From: a virus
Strand: one strand, 5' to 3'
DNA length: 37,211 nt
IMG/VR virus record: IMGVR_UViG_3300045988_151330
Span: 1 to 37,211 of that record
Part shown: piece by piece, positions 1 through 7,616 of the stretch
Layout: the number at the start of each line of letters is the position of its first letter
Numbering within the stretch: position 1 is the stretch's first letter
Made by a program: the position numbers and the translations under genes
Notes under the pieces: generated by a model
Told to the model about the DNA's origin: nothing
The model's database searches: none
The model's input: only the letters and a program-made list of their open reading frames with translations

Positions 1-49
1 ATCCTTGGTAAGGATGAGGTCACGGGTTCGACTCCCGTTAGAAGCTCCA
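1..49 (+). tRNA. 3' portion of a tRNA gene with a long variable arm (type II: Leu/Ser/Tyr/Sec class, identity unresolved); the 5' part lies upstream of the window
   Basis: Variable-arm hairpin ATCCTT-GGT-AAGGAT, T-arm ACGGG-TTCGACT-CCCGT, acceptor 3' strand TAGAAGC, then T and CCA at 47-49. The identical 51 nt recur at the far end of the window. Confidence 0.6.
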
Positions 50-51
50 TA
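1..51. repeat. attL: attL core (51-bp direct repeat, copy 1)
   Basis: Identical to 37161-37211. Confidence 0.85.
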
Positions 52-64
52 TTGAAAATAAGCG

Positions 65-99
65 AAAGCTAGTCAAATTAATAGTTTGACTAGCTTTTT
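65..99 (+). terminator. Rho-independent terminator directly downstream of the tRNA 3' end, supplied by the phage side
   Basis: Stem AAAGCTAGTCAAA / TTTGACTAGCTTT with a 7-nt loop, followed by TTTTC. Confidence 0.5.
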
Positions 100-164
100 C
101 AAATGTTAAATTTTGATAAATTATTTTCCGGTTTGTACGTTTTGACACTATTTTTTCGTTGTTT

Positions 165-190
165 AGGGTGTAGCAAGGGTGTAGTAAAAA
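165..190 (+). promoter_or_regulatory. Putative integrase arm-type sites (2x AGGGTGTAG)
   Basis: Tandem direct repeats tAGGGTGTAGcaAGGGTGTAGta between the attL core and the 3' end of int. Similar GGGTGTAAT pairs lie next to attR. Confidence 0.3.
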
Positions 191-208
191 TGGATAAAAA
201 GTGACAGA

Positions 209-1324
209 TTATTTCACATAATTATTAATCAAATTAGTAACATCTGCCTCTTGTTCCTCGTCAAGGTGAGTGTATAAATCGAGTACCATTTTAGTTGAAT
301 GATGCCCCATAATTTCTTGAGCCTTTTTTACTTTTACACCTGAATAATACAATGTAGTGCAGAAGGTATGCCTTAATTGATGAGCAGTAAAATGAATATG
401 TGGTTTTATTTTATTTTTGTCTTCAATTTCTTTATTAAGTTCATCGATATATTGATTACAAGCTTTTATAAAGCTGTTCATTGATTCTCTAAATGAAGTT
501 TCAGACATCATACCTCCATTATACATAGGAAATAAATATTTAGTTTGTGCTTCTTTGCAACGACGTTCGAGAATTTCTGATATTTTATCAATAATTGGTA
601 TCTTTCTATCATCGCCATTTTTTGTGCCCTTTAAAACTGCTTGATTGTGTTTAAAATAGATTGCCCTATCTATCAAAATAAAATTACTTTTTACTTGATT
701 TTTTTCAAGAGGGATTAGTTCTTCACGTCGTATGCCTGTATAAAGAAAAGTCATAATCATATCACCATATTTGTGAGTTTCAGCCGTGTTTTCAATAACG
801 GAACGTTCAAAATCTGTTAGGGGGCGTTTTTCTTTTGATTTAAATTTTGGTACTTTAAGATTTGAAGCAACGTTTTTATAAATAAACTCATTTTCCATAG
901 CAAAATTTAAAATAGATTTAATGTAATTTACCATTTTTCTAATGGTGTCGGTTAAACCATCTTCCACTTTTGTATTTATCAATTCTTGAATCTGGTATGC
1001 TTTAAGCATTTTTATCGGGATATATCCTAAAGTAGGGTAGACATGAAGCCTTAGAATACGTTCAATGCTTTGTTGGGTGTTGTATTCTAAGGTTGGTTTT
1101 AAAACCTGATACCATTTGTCTCCGATTTCTTTAAAAGTAGCATTATCATTGTTTAATTCAATCCCTTTATGGTACATTACCTTTAATGACGTTAATTTTT
1201 CATCTAATTCTTTGGTGGTTGAAGCATACACATATTTTCTAAGTTGCTTGCCTTTTTCGTTTTTGCCAACCACAATATACGCAGAATATATTCCATCGGC
1301 TCTTTTAGTATAGTTTTTTGCCAT
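209..1324 (-). CDS. int: Tyrosine site-specific integrase
   Basis: 371 aa. C-terminal catalytic motifs HQLRHTFCTT...GHHSTKMVLDLYTHL (R..HxxR..Y). Sits next to attL and is transcribed toward it. Confidence 0.9.
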   Translation of the reverse strand: MAKNYTKRADGIYSAYIVVGKNEKGKQLRKYVYASTTKELDEKLTSLKVMYHKGIELNNDNATFKEIGDKWYQVLKPTLEYNTQQSIERILRLHVYPTLGYIPIKMLKAYQIQELINTKVEDGLTDTIRKMVNYIKSILNFAMENEFIYKNVASNLKVPKFKSKEKRPLTDFERSVIENTAETHKYGDMIMTFLYTGIRREELIPLEKNQVKSNFILIDRAIYFKHNQAVLKGTKNGDDRKIPIIDKISEILERRCKEAQTKYLFPMYNGGMMSETSFRESMNSFIKACNQYIDELNKEIEDKNKIKPHIHFTAHQLRHTFCTTLYYSGVKVKKAQEIMGHHSTKMVLDLYTHLDEEQEADVTNLINNYVK

Positions 1325-1348
1325 AAAAATACCTCACTTATAATATAT

Positions 1349-1933
1349 TTAAAACCTATCATTTTCGATAGGCTTATCGTCCTTAAAGTACTCATCAATA
1401 TTATTTTCTTGAATCAAACCTAAATTAAAAAGTGTTTTTTGTGATGTATCAATTTTTTCTATGATACTGTCTAAATATTTATCTAACTTTGAAAGTTGTT
1501 CTTCTGTTTGTATCCATGAAATATTATCTATTTCTTGCTTTATTTTTTCGCCTGTTTTTAAATATATATTTATTTCAGAAAAATGGTCTGATGATAAAAC
1601 CATCTTATCAATTACTTTTAAAGAAGAATAATTAGTTTCATATATAAATCTAGTGAAATTGAGTGTTTTGTGTTCTTTTTCTACATTTTGCATAATTTGA
1701 TTTTTATGTTCAAAATTTTTGTTATCTTCATTTTTCTTCCAATAGTATCCGTATATAAAAGCACCTAATATTAAAGAAATACTAGCATATTCTCCAAATA
1801 TTTCTTTTCCAACATCAATACAAAACCACATATATCCGAAAGCAGTCCCCAAAATTACAAAAGCATTGATAAGCCAATTGAATACACTTTTAAATATTTC
1901 CCTTAATTTATCTAACATAAAAATTCTCCTCAA
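1349..1933 (-). CDS. Membrane protein (two N-terminal TM helices plus a soluble C-terminal domain) in the moron position between int and the repressor
   Basis: 194 aa. Hydrophobic segments WLINAFVILGTAFGYMWFCI and ISLILGAFIYGYYW. Same strand as cI and int, so it would be co-transcribed in the lysogen. Confidence 0.6.
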   Translation of the reverse strand: MRRIFMLDKLREIFKSVFNWLINAFVILGTAFGYMWFCIDVGKEIFGEYASISLILGAFIYGYYWKKNEDNKNFEHKNQIMQNVEKEHKTLNFTRFIYETNYSSLKVIDKMVLSSDHFSEINIYLKTGEKIKQEIDNISWIQTEEQLSKLDKYLDSIIEKIDTSQKTLFNLGLIQENNIDEYFKDDKPIENDRF

Positions 1934-1958
1934 TTTTAAATGTGAAATTGCTTAAAAC

Positions 1959-2552
1959 TTATTTCCAATTTCTAATTTGTCTAACTACTACGCCAATAAC
2001 TTTAACTGGCAGTTTTTCCATCTCTTCATATGTAAATTTTTTTGCTGGATAATAAGGATTAAAAGCGTGTAGTTCAATGCCTGTGTCTGTTTTTACTACT
2101 TTTTTTACTGTAGCTTCATCACCGTTAATTAAAACTATGCCTATATCATTTGTACTAAATTCTCCATCTAATTTATGGACTATTAAATAATCGCCCTCAT
2201 CGAATAAAGGAGCCATACTATCACCTTTAACAACTAGTCCGAAGTAATTTTCTGGGTCAGCAATATTCATAGATGGATCTATATAATCAATTACATTTTC
2301 TTGTGCTAAGTAATTATAACCAGCTTTCACAGTACCTAAAACAGGTAATAATCGCTTATTATTGGTATCTGCACCTAATAAATAATCTACAGATACTTTG
2401 AAAAATTTTGCCAATTTTTTGGCGGTTTCTGCAGACATACTTCGAGCTCCAGTTTCATAAAAACCATAAGCAGAAGTTGATATTCCTAGAAAGTTAGCAA
2501 CATCTCGTTGCAGCATTTCATTTTTTTCTCTAATTTGCCTTAATCGATTCAT
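1959..2552 (-). CDS. cI: CI/LexA-like repressor (XRE HTH plus S24 peptidase)
   Basis: N-terminal HTH (LQRDVANFLGISTSAYGFYETG). C-terminal S24 fold with GDSMAPLF and the Ser/Lys dyad (VKKV). The start is taken at MNRLRQIR (ATG at 2550-2552, minus strand), preceded by AAAGGGGTG. The longer ORF-track extension merely translates the operator repeats. Confidence 0.85.
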   Translation of the reverse strand: MNRLRQIREKNEMLQRDVANFLGISTSAYGFYETGARSMSAETAKKLAKFFKVSVDYLLGADTNNKRLLPVLGTVKAGYNYLAQENVIDYIDPSMNIADPENYFGLVVKGDSMAPLFDEGDYLIVHKLDGEFSTNDIGIVLINGDEATVKKVVKTDTGIELHAFNPYYPAKKFTYEEMEKLPVKVIGVVVRQIRNWK

Positions 2553-2574
2553 AGTAACACCCCTTTGCAAACTA

Positions 2575-2700
2575 ATTATACAACACACAGTTGCTTTTTG
2601 TAAATATTTTTTCTTACAGCCACAGCACATACAACACAAAGTAAAAATATTTCTTGTTTTTGTGTTGACATACAACACAAAGTAGTATATATTAAAAATA
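2575..2700. promoter_or_regulatory. cI/cro divergent control region with three operator repeats and a sigma-A-like promoter
   Basis: (T/C)ATACAACACA at 2577-2590, 2627-2642 and 2669-2684. Dyad TGTGTTG-ACATA-CAACACA at 2661-2679. -35 TTGACA (2665-2670), 17 nt, -10 TATATT, facing the plus-strand early operon. Confidence 0.5.
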
Positions 2701-2748
2701 TCAAAACAACAGAAAGTAGTTTTGAAATAATTTGAAAGGAGCCATGAA

Positions 2749-2976
2749 ATGAAAAATTGTACTATGAAAGAACTAAGGTTATCAAAAAAGAAAAGTAGAA
2801 TTGAAACGGCACGACAAGTAAAAATATCATTATCTTATCTAGATATGATTGAAGCCGGAACAAGGCAACCAAGCGACACAATAAAGAGAAGATTCGCAGA
2901 GTTTTACAATTGTTCTCCTTTACAAATTTTTTTATCTTGTGAAGCAACACAAAGTTGTATAAATAACAATGCTTAA
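2749..2976 (+). CDS. Cro-like XRE-family HTH regulator
   Basis: 75 aa. HTH LSKKKSRIETARQVKISLSYLDMIEAGTRQPS. RBS AAGGAG 6 nt upstream. Divergent from the repressor. Confidence 0.6.
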   Translation: MKNCTMKELRLSKKKSRIETARQVKISLSYLDMIEAGTRQPSDTIKRRFAEFYNCSPLQIFLSCEATQSCINNNA

Positions 2977-2991
2977 ATTTTGTTAAACATA

Positions 2992-3054
2992 TTTTACGAA
3001 ATCTTCTCGTAAAAAACAAAATTTAATAACGTTTTTACGAAAAAGTTTCGTAAG
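2992..3054. promoter_or_regulatory. Two palindromes TTACGAAA-Nx-TTTCGTAA upstream of the second HTH gene
   Basis: TTTTACGA-AATCTTC-TCGTAAAA (2992-3014) and TTACGAAA-AAG-TTTCGTAA (3035-3053). Confidence 0.35.
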
Positions 3055-3068
3055 AAAGGAGCAAACGT

Positions 3069-3296
3069 ATGCAAATAGGCGATTTTATAAAATATTTAAG
3101 AAAAGGTAATGGAATGAGTCAAGAAGAATTGGCAGAGGCAGTAATGAGAAGTCAAGATTGGATGAGTCTTGTAGAAACAAATAAAATTCAGCCTAATCCA
3201 GAAGACATAAAGTTGATATCTAAGGCGTTGCACGAACCAATACTTGAAATACTTGCAGATGGTTTGCTTTTTCAAGAATTAAAGAAAAGAATGTGA
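3069..3296 (+). CDS. Second XRE-family HTH DNA-binding protein
   Basis: 75 aa. LRKGNGMSQEELAEAVMRSQDWMSLVETNKIQP. RBS AAGGAGC. Confidence 0.6.
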   Translation: MQIGDFIKYLRKGNGMSQEELAEAVMRSQDWMSLVETNKIQPNPEDIKLISKALHEPILEILADGLLFQELKKRM

Positions 3297-3496
3297 GGAG
3301 AAAGAAAATGCCAGTATTAACAAGAGCTGTTTATAAACCAGTTAAAGTATTCGCTGAATACTATGATTTGGGAATGACAAGAGCCTATGAAATAGTTTCA
3401 ATGCCAGATTTCCCTAAGATAAGAACTGGAAGAAAAGGAATAAGAGTTGACATGAGTAAAGCAGAGGAATTTATGCTCAAGAAATTTAATTATTAG
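3293..3496 (+). CDS. Excisionase-family (MerR-like HTH_17) DNA-binding protein
   Basis: 67 aa. VFAEYYDLGMTRAYEIVSMPDFPKIRTGRKGIRVDMSKAEEFM matches the excisionase-family HTH pattern. Confidence 0.45.
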   Translation: MRRKKMPVLTRAVYKPVKVFAEYYDLGMTRAYEIVSMPDFPKIRTGRKGIRVDMSKAEEFMLKKFNY

Positions 3497-3507
3497 GAGA
3501 TGCTGAT

Positions 3508-3774
3508 ATGAAAATAGTAAATAAAAAAAGATTTGCATCATTAGTAACAATTTTAATGATAATTCTAATTGCATTATTAAACAAATGCGTAGCATATAAA
3601 AGCATTAAAACTGAAAATTATATGGTATCTGCAGGAGATACACTGTGGTCTATTTCCTGTGAATATAAAAAATCTGGACAAGATGTGCGTGAATATTTAT
3701 ACAACCTAAGAGAACTAAACAACTTGAACGACTGCATTATCTACCCAGGACAAGTAATTCAAATTATCAAGTAG
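3508..3774 (+). CDS. LysM-domain protein anchored by one TM helix
   Basis: 88 aa. TM segment ASLVTILMIILIALL. LysM-like YMVSAGDTLWSIS...YPGQVIQI. Confidence 0.55.
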   Translation: MKIVNKKRFASLVTILMIILIALLNKCVAYKSIKTENYMVSAGDTLWSISCEYKKSGQDVREYLYNLRELNNLNDCIIYPGQVIQIIK

Positions 3775-3778
3775 AAAG

Positions 3779-4123
3779 GTGGTGAAAAATATGGATGAGA
3801 AATATGTAAAAGATGTGCTTGAAGATATTAAGAGTTTAGCAGAACACCAAGACATTAATGGTATCCTAGCAATATGTGAAAATGAGCTTGAGCAAATCGA
3901 CCAAAGAACAATTAAGCAAGACATTATTGATGTTTCAAGAATAATTGAAGATGCCAAATATGAAATAACTAGACTAAGAGGAGAAGATACCGACGAAATA
4001 TATAGGATGCTAGAAATATATAGGATGCTAAATGAAGCAAGCACAATATTGAGAAATTTGGCAATAAAAAAAGAACTAACCCGTGACATCAAAAAACCGA
4101 GATTAGTTCTATTAAAAAAGTAA
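3779..4123 (+). CDS. Hypothetical protein
   Basis: 114 aa. RBS AAAGGTGGTG. Contains an in-frame tandem 15-nt duplication (RMLEIYRML). The minus-strand overlapping ORF is rejected. Confidence 0.5.
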   Translation: MVKNMDEKYVKDVLEDIKSLAEHQDINGILAICENELEQIDQRTIKQDIIDVSRIIEDAKYEITRLRGEDTDEIYRMLEIYRMLNEASTILRNLAIKKELTRDIKKPRLVLLKK

Positions 4124-4182
4124 TAACTTAATTACTTTAGTAGATATTAACATAATTTTAATAGAAAATCAAGGAGGAAAAT

Positions 4183-4419
4183 ATGAGTATAAGCGAAGTT
4201 AAAAATTACTTTAGAAGAGAAATAATTGGTTGTTCAATCTCAGATAAAAGAGAAGAGGAACTGCTTGAAAAATTAGAAAGTATTACTGATGACTTATTAG
4301 ACCTTGAAAGAGAAATAGAAGATGAATTAGAAAAAAAAGAAGAATATGAGGATAATTTGGATTATCAAACAGCAGAAGAACAGGATATAGAATTTTTATA
4401 TGCAAATAGAGTATGTTAG
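4183..4419 (+). CDS. Hypothetical acidic protein
   Basis: 78 aa. RBS AAGGAGG. Confidence 0.45.
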   Translation: MSISEVKNYFRREIIGCSISDKREEELLEKLESITDDLLDLEREIEDELEKKEEYEDNLDYQTAEEQDIEFLYANRVC

Positions 4420-5078
4420 GAGTGAAAAAGATAATGTTAAAAAGCTACGATGATATGAGAAAAATAGATGTAAGCAAGTGGACTGAAAAAAGAGATGGAG
4501 CAGACTATCTGAACTGGGCAAAAGTAATTGATTTACTTCATGAAAATGGAGCAACAAAAGTTCATTTTGAACCACTGGTAAATGAAAATGGAAGTAGTTT
4601 AATAATGGCAAATCAAGAATTTAAAGATTCAAAAGGTGGAACTAATAGAGTATATGAGACAGCAGTAAAAATAAAAATAGATGACTTAGAGTTTGTACAA
4701 CGTGGACCAGTAATGAATGGCTCTAATCCAGTAAAAGACAATTCAATGTCCCAACAGAGATTATGGAACTGCCAAACAAGATTGTTCGTAAAAGGTGTAG
4801 CTATAATGACAGGTTTAGGATTTGATTTATGGTTAAAAGAAGAGCTAAAAAGTGAAAAAGACAATTGGCAAGATGACTTAAGTAAGCATGACATATTTAA
4901 AATTAAAGAAAGATGCCAGGAATTATATACTACAAAATTAAAACAAGGATTATCGGTAAAAGAAATAGCAGAAAGACTCAACAAGACAGAAGATGAAGTA
5001 AAAGCTATATTTAGTTATTTTGATACTTTAAATACATTTGAAAAAGACTTGGCAAACATTGATACAAAGTCAAGATAG
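4413..5078 (+). CDS. Putative single-strand annealing protein (Rad52/Sak-like, DUF1071-like)
   Basis: 221 aa. N-terminal VSKWTEKRDGADYLNWAKVIDLLHENG resembles the Rad52-fold SSAP N-terminus. Sits directly upstream of the YqaJ exonuclease. Confidence 0.45.
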   Translation: MLGVKKIMLKSYDDMRKIDVSKWTEKRDGADYLNWAKVIDLLHENGATKVHFEPLVNENGSSLIMANQEFKDSKGGTNRVYETAVKIKIDDLEFVQRGPVMNGSNPVKDNSMSQQRLWNCQTRLFVKGVAIMTGLGFDLWLKEELKSEKDNWQDDLSKHDIFKIKERCQELYTTKLKQGLSVKEIAERLNKTEDEVKAIFSYFDTLNTFEKDLANIDTKSR

Positions 5079-5631
5079 AAGCGGTTATATAGGAGCTTCG
5101 GATACAACGATGGTTGTTGGAAATTGGAATACCAAAACATTTGAAAAATGGTGGCTTGAAAAATTAGGTTTAAACACAAATCATTTAAATACAGATGCTA
5201 TTAAATGTGGAAATAATTATGAACACCTTATATTAGAAGCATTAGAAATATCTGAACTGGAAAAAGACAAACAAATAATAATTGGAAGATTAAGAGTAAA
5301 TTTAGATGGGAACACACCAGATTGTATTTACGAAGTGAAAACGCATAAAGCAGATAAAGAATTTAAAGTATCAAAACAATATTGGAGGCAAGTACAAGTT
5401 CAAATGTATGCAAGTGGAATACGAAAAGCATATATAGTTGCTTATGATTTAGGAGATAAAGAATATAATAATTTTTTTACTAAAATACAAAAAGAACGTA
5501 TAAAACTTATTCCTATTGAATATGATGAGAGCTTTATTAAAAAAGAGTATTTGCCCAAGCTGAAAATATTAACAGATTGCCTTGAAAAGGGGGGATTTCC
5601 TTGCGTTTCACAGGAACAATATCAGATGTAA
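5038..5631 (+). CDS. YqaJ-like PD-(D/E)XK recombination exonuclease
   Basis: GYIGASDTTMVVGNW N-terminal signature. D...E.K in DGNTPDCIYEVKTHK. TTG start and the overlap with the upstream gene make the exact start uncertain. Confidence 0.65.
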   Translation: MKKTWQTLIQSQDRSGYIGASDTTMVVGNWNTKTFEKWWLEKLGLNTNHLNTDAIKCGNNYEHLILEALEISELEKDKQIIIGRLRVNLDGNTPDCIYEVKTHKADKEFKVSKQYWRQVQVQMYASGIRKAYIVAYDLGDKEYNNFFTKIQKERIKLIPIEYDESFIKKEYLPKLKILTDCLEKGGFPCVSQEQYQM

Positions 5632-6131
5632 GCATCGATTTTAAAACTAATAAACCAAAAATAACATTCATAATGAACGAAAGAGCAGCACTTGCAGAAC
5701 TTGATGAGATAAAAGACTTGGACAAGTTGTCGGTGGAAGCAAAAAAATATCGCAAAAAACGCTCTTTAGATGCAAACGCATATTGTTGGGTTCTTATTAA
5801 TAAACTTGCTGAAAAATTAAATCTTAAGCCAATAGAAGTATATAGAAAAGCTATTTATGAAATTGGAGTTAGAGAAATTATACCAGTAAAAAATGAAGCA
5901 GTAGCTAGATATAAAGAAGTATGGCAGAATAACGGTTTAGGTTGGTTATGTGAGACAGTACCTTCTAAATTAAATGGTTATACAAATGTAATAGCTTGGT
6001 ATGGCTCAAGTGTTTATGACAGCAAGGAAATGTCAAGGCTAGTAGATAGTATTGTTGATGAATGCAAGTTACAAAATATAGAAACAATGACACCTGCTGA
6101 ACTTAAAAGATTAAAGGAGGCTTGGAAATGA
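5601..6131 (+). CDS. NinB/Orf-like recombination mediator
   Basis: 176 aa. KKRSLDANAYCWVLI resembles the lambda NinB motif RSLDQNRKLWA. TTG start preceded by AAAGGGGGG. Confidence 0.45.
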   Translation: MRFTGTISDVSIDFKTNKPKITFIMNERAALAELDEIKDLDKLSVEAKKYRKKRSLDANAYCWVLINKLAEKLNLKPIEVYRKAIYEIGVREIIPVKNEAVARYKEVWQNNGLGWLCETVPSKLNGYTNVIAWYGSSVYDSKEMSRLVDSIVDECKLQNIETMTPAELKRLKEAWK

Positions 6132-6505
6132 TTGAATATGAAAAACGACCTACAACATGTCATTTTTGTGGTGGCAAAGTTATATTTACAACTAATGACA
6201 AAATATATGGAAAGCTTTATGGAAATGGTAAATGCTATTTATGTACTAATTGTGGTGCTTATGTTGGTGTACATACTGGAACTAAAACCGCATTAGGAAT
6301 TTTAGCTAATGAGGAAATGAAAAAATGGAAAATAAAGTGTCATGATTTATTTGATTCAAAATGGAAGAATGGCAAAAATGTCAGAAATTATTTATACGCA
6401 AAACTAGCAAATCAAATGAATATAGAAAGAAGTCATTGTCATTTTGGACACTTTGATTTAGAAGAGTTACAAACTGCATATAACATCATAAAGAGGTGGA
6501 AGTGA
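6128..6505 (+). CDS. Zinc-finger protein (two CxxC pairs), function unknown
   Basis: CHFCGG...CYLCTNCG. RBS AAGGAGG 7 nt upstream of the ATG. Confidence 0.55.
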   Translation: MIEYEKRPTTCHFCGGKVIFTTNDKIYGKLYGNGKCYLCTNCGAYVGVHTGTKTALGILANEEMKKWKIKCHDLFDSKWKNGKNVRNYLYAKLANQMNIERSHCHFGHFDLEELQTAYNIIKRWK

Positions 6506-6822
6506 TGAAAGATTGGGTTGGAATAGCTTTTCCTAAGAGCTCTAAAATGGTCTTAAAAGCAAAGTCCAAAGATATTAGTAAAACTAATCGCGAAGAAATA
6601 AAAAAGCTTTTTAAAGGCAAATGTGGGCTTTGTGGACAAGCAGGAGTACACATACATCACATAATTTATAAAAGTGAAGATAGAAGCAAAATAGATGATT
6701 TTAATAACTTGATTTTATTATGTTTGGAATGTCATCAGAAAGTACATTCAAATAAGAAATATTGGCAACCAAGACTTATGAAATTGAGAGAAAGGATAGG
6801 AAAGGAGAAGAGTTATGAATAA
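6505..6822 (+). CDS. HNH endonuclease
   Basis: CGLCGQ...HIHHII...CLECHQKVH. Confidence 0.7.
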   Translation: MKDWVGIAFPKSSKMVLKAKSKDISKTNREEIKKLFKGKCGLCGQAGVHIHHIIYKSEDRSKIDDFNNLILLCLECHQKVHSNKKYWQPRLMKLRERIGKEKSYE

Positions 6823-7213
6823 GGTTGTTCTAATGGGACGATTAACAAAAGAACCAGATGTAAGATACACAAGCAATAACACACTTGTTGCATCATTCAC
6901 ACTTGCAGTAAATAGAAGATTTGCAAAACAAGGTGAAGAAAGACAAGCTGACTTTATAAACATAGTAGCTTGGGATAAAACAGGAGAGTTTTGTAGTAAG
7001 TATTTTAAAAAAGGTCAACAAGTTGGTGTAATCGGAAGATTACAGACAAGACAATATGACGATAAAGACGGTAAAAGAGTATATGTAACAGAGGTTATTG
7101 CAGAAGAAGTATATTTTGCAGATAGTAAGAAAGAAAATACAGAAGATCCATTTGCAGAGCCAACAAATAATTCAAATTTTGGAACAATTACAGATGATGA
7201 TCTACCATTCTAA
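6815..7213 (+). CDS. ssb: Single-stranded DNA-binding protein
   Basis: OB-fold sequence VVLMGRLTKEPDVRYTSNNTLVASFTLAVNRRF with an acidic C-terminal tail ending DDDLPF. Confidence 0.9.
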   Translation: MNKVVLMGRLTKEPDVRYTSNNTLVASFTLAVNRRFAKQGEERQADFINIVAWDKTGEFCSKYFKKGQQVGVIGRLQTRQYDDKDGKRVYVTEVIAEEVYFADSKKENTEDPFAEPTNNSNFGTITDDDLPF

Positions 7214-7237
7214 TAAAAATAAAAGGAGAGAAAGAAT

Positions 7238-7519
7238 ATGAAAATAATAAAAATTAATGCATCTAATATGAATCCAGAGGAGTTAGAGAAAGCAATAAAA
7301 ACAGCGATAAAAACAGCAACGAGTGAAAGTAGCGAAAAACAAAAAGCTGTAGATGAAAGAAAAAATACAATAAAGGAGATAAAAAGACAGTTAGAGATAC
7401 TTGGTAAAATACTTGATGAAAATTCTGACGAAGAATTAACTAATGACCAACTAATTAAACTTTTGAAAATGTATCAAGAAGAAGAAAAGAGATTAAAAAA
7501 CATATTTAGAATTAAATAA
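7238..7519 (+). CDS. Hypothetical coiled-coil protein
   Basis: 93 aa. RBS AAAGGAGAG. Confidence 0.5.
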   Translation: MKIIKINASNMNPEELEKAIKTAIKTATSESSEKQKAVDERKNTIKEIKRQLEILGKILDENSDEELTNDQLIKLLKMYQEEEKRLKNIFRIK

Positions 7520-7616
7520 TAACACTCAAAGAAAGGAGGTAGTGCAAGGCATGGCTACATTATAGTATGAATTGTACTATCTCCTTGTTTATAGCAAAAG
7601 AGAAAGTTGGTGACTT

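Noticed and set aside
1116-1398. ORFs 1116-1313 (+) and 1204-1398 (-) overlapping the integrase gene and its upstream region
   Set aside because: Both lie inside or antisense to the well-supported int CDS. They have hydrophobic low-complexity translations typical of AT-rich antisense frames and no RBS.
2553-2678. Cys-rich 42-aa N-terminal extension of the repressor ORF (…LCCMCCGCKKK…)
   Set aside because: It is the translation of the ACAACACA operator repeats. The real start, with a good RBS, is at MNRLRQIR (2552). The extension would run through the cI/cro promoter region.
2762-4092. Minus-strand ORFs 2762-3019, 3398-3595 and 3715-4092 opposite the early plus-strand operon
   Set aside because: They are antisense to plus-strand genes that have RBSs, HTH/LysM signatures and operon continuity. 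Their translations are Leu/Ile/Ser/Phe-rich junk.
5038-5631. Overlaps of 41 nt and 31 nt between the SSAP, YqaJ and NinB-like ORFs considered as a possible programmed frameshift
   Set aside because: Each downstream gene has its own plausible TTG/ATG start (NinB with a strong AAAGGGGGG RBS). The overlaps are ordinary translational coupling.
4396-5755. Minus-strand ORFs 4396-4611, 4613-4984 and 5537-5755 antisense to the SSAP/exonuclease genes
   Set aside because: The sense strand encodes proteins with recognisable recombination motifs. The antisense frames lack start context.
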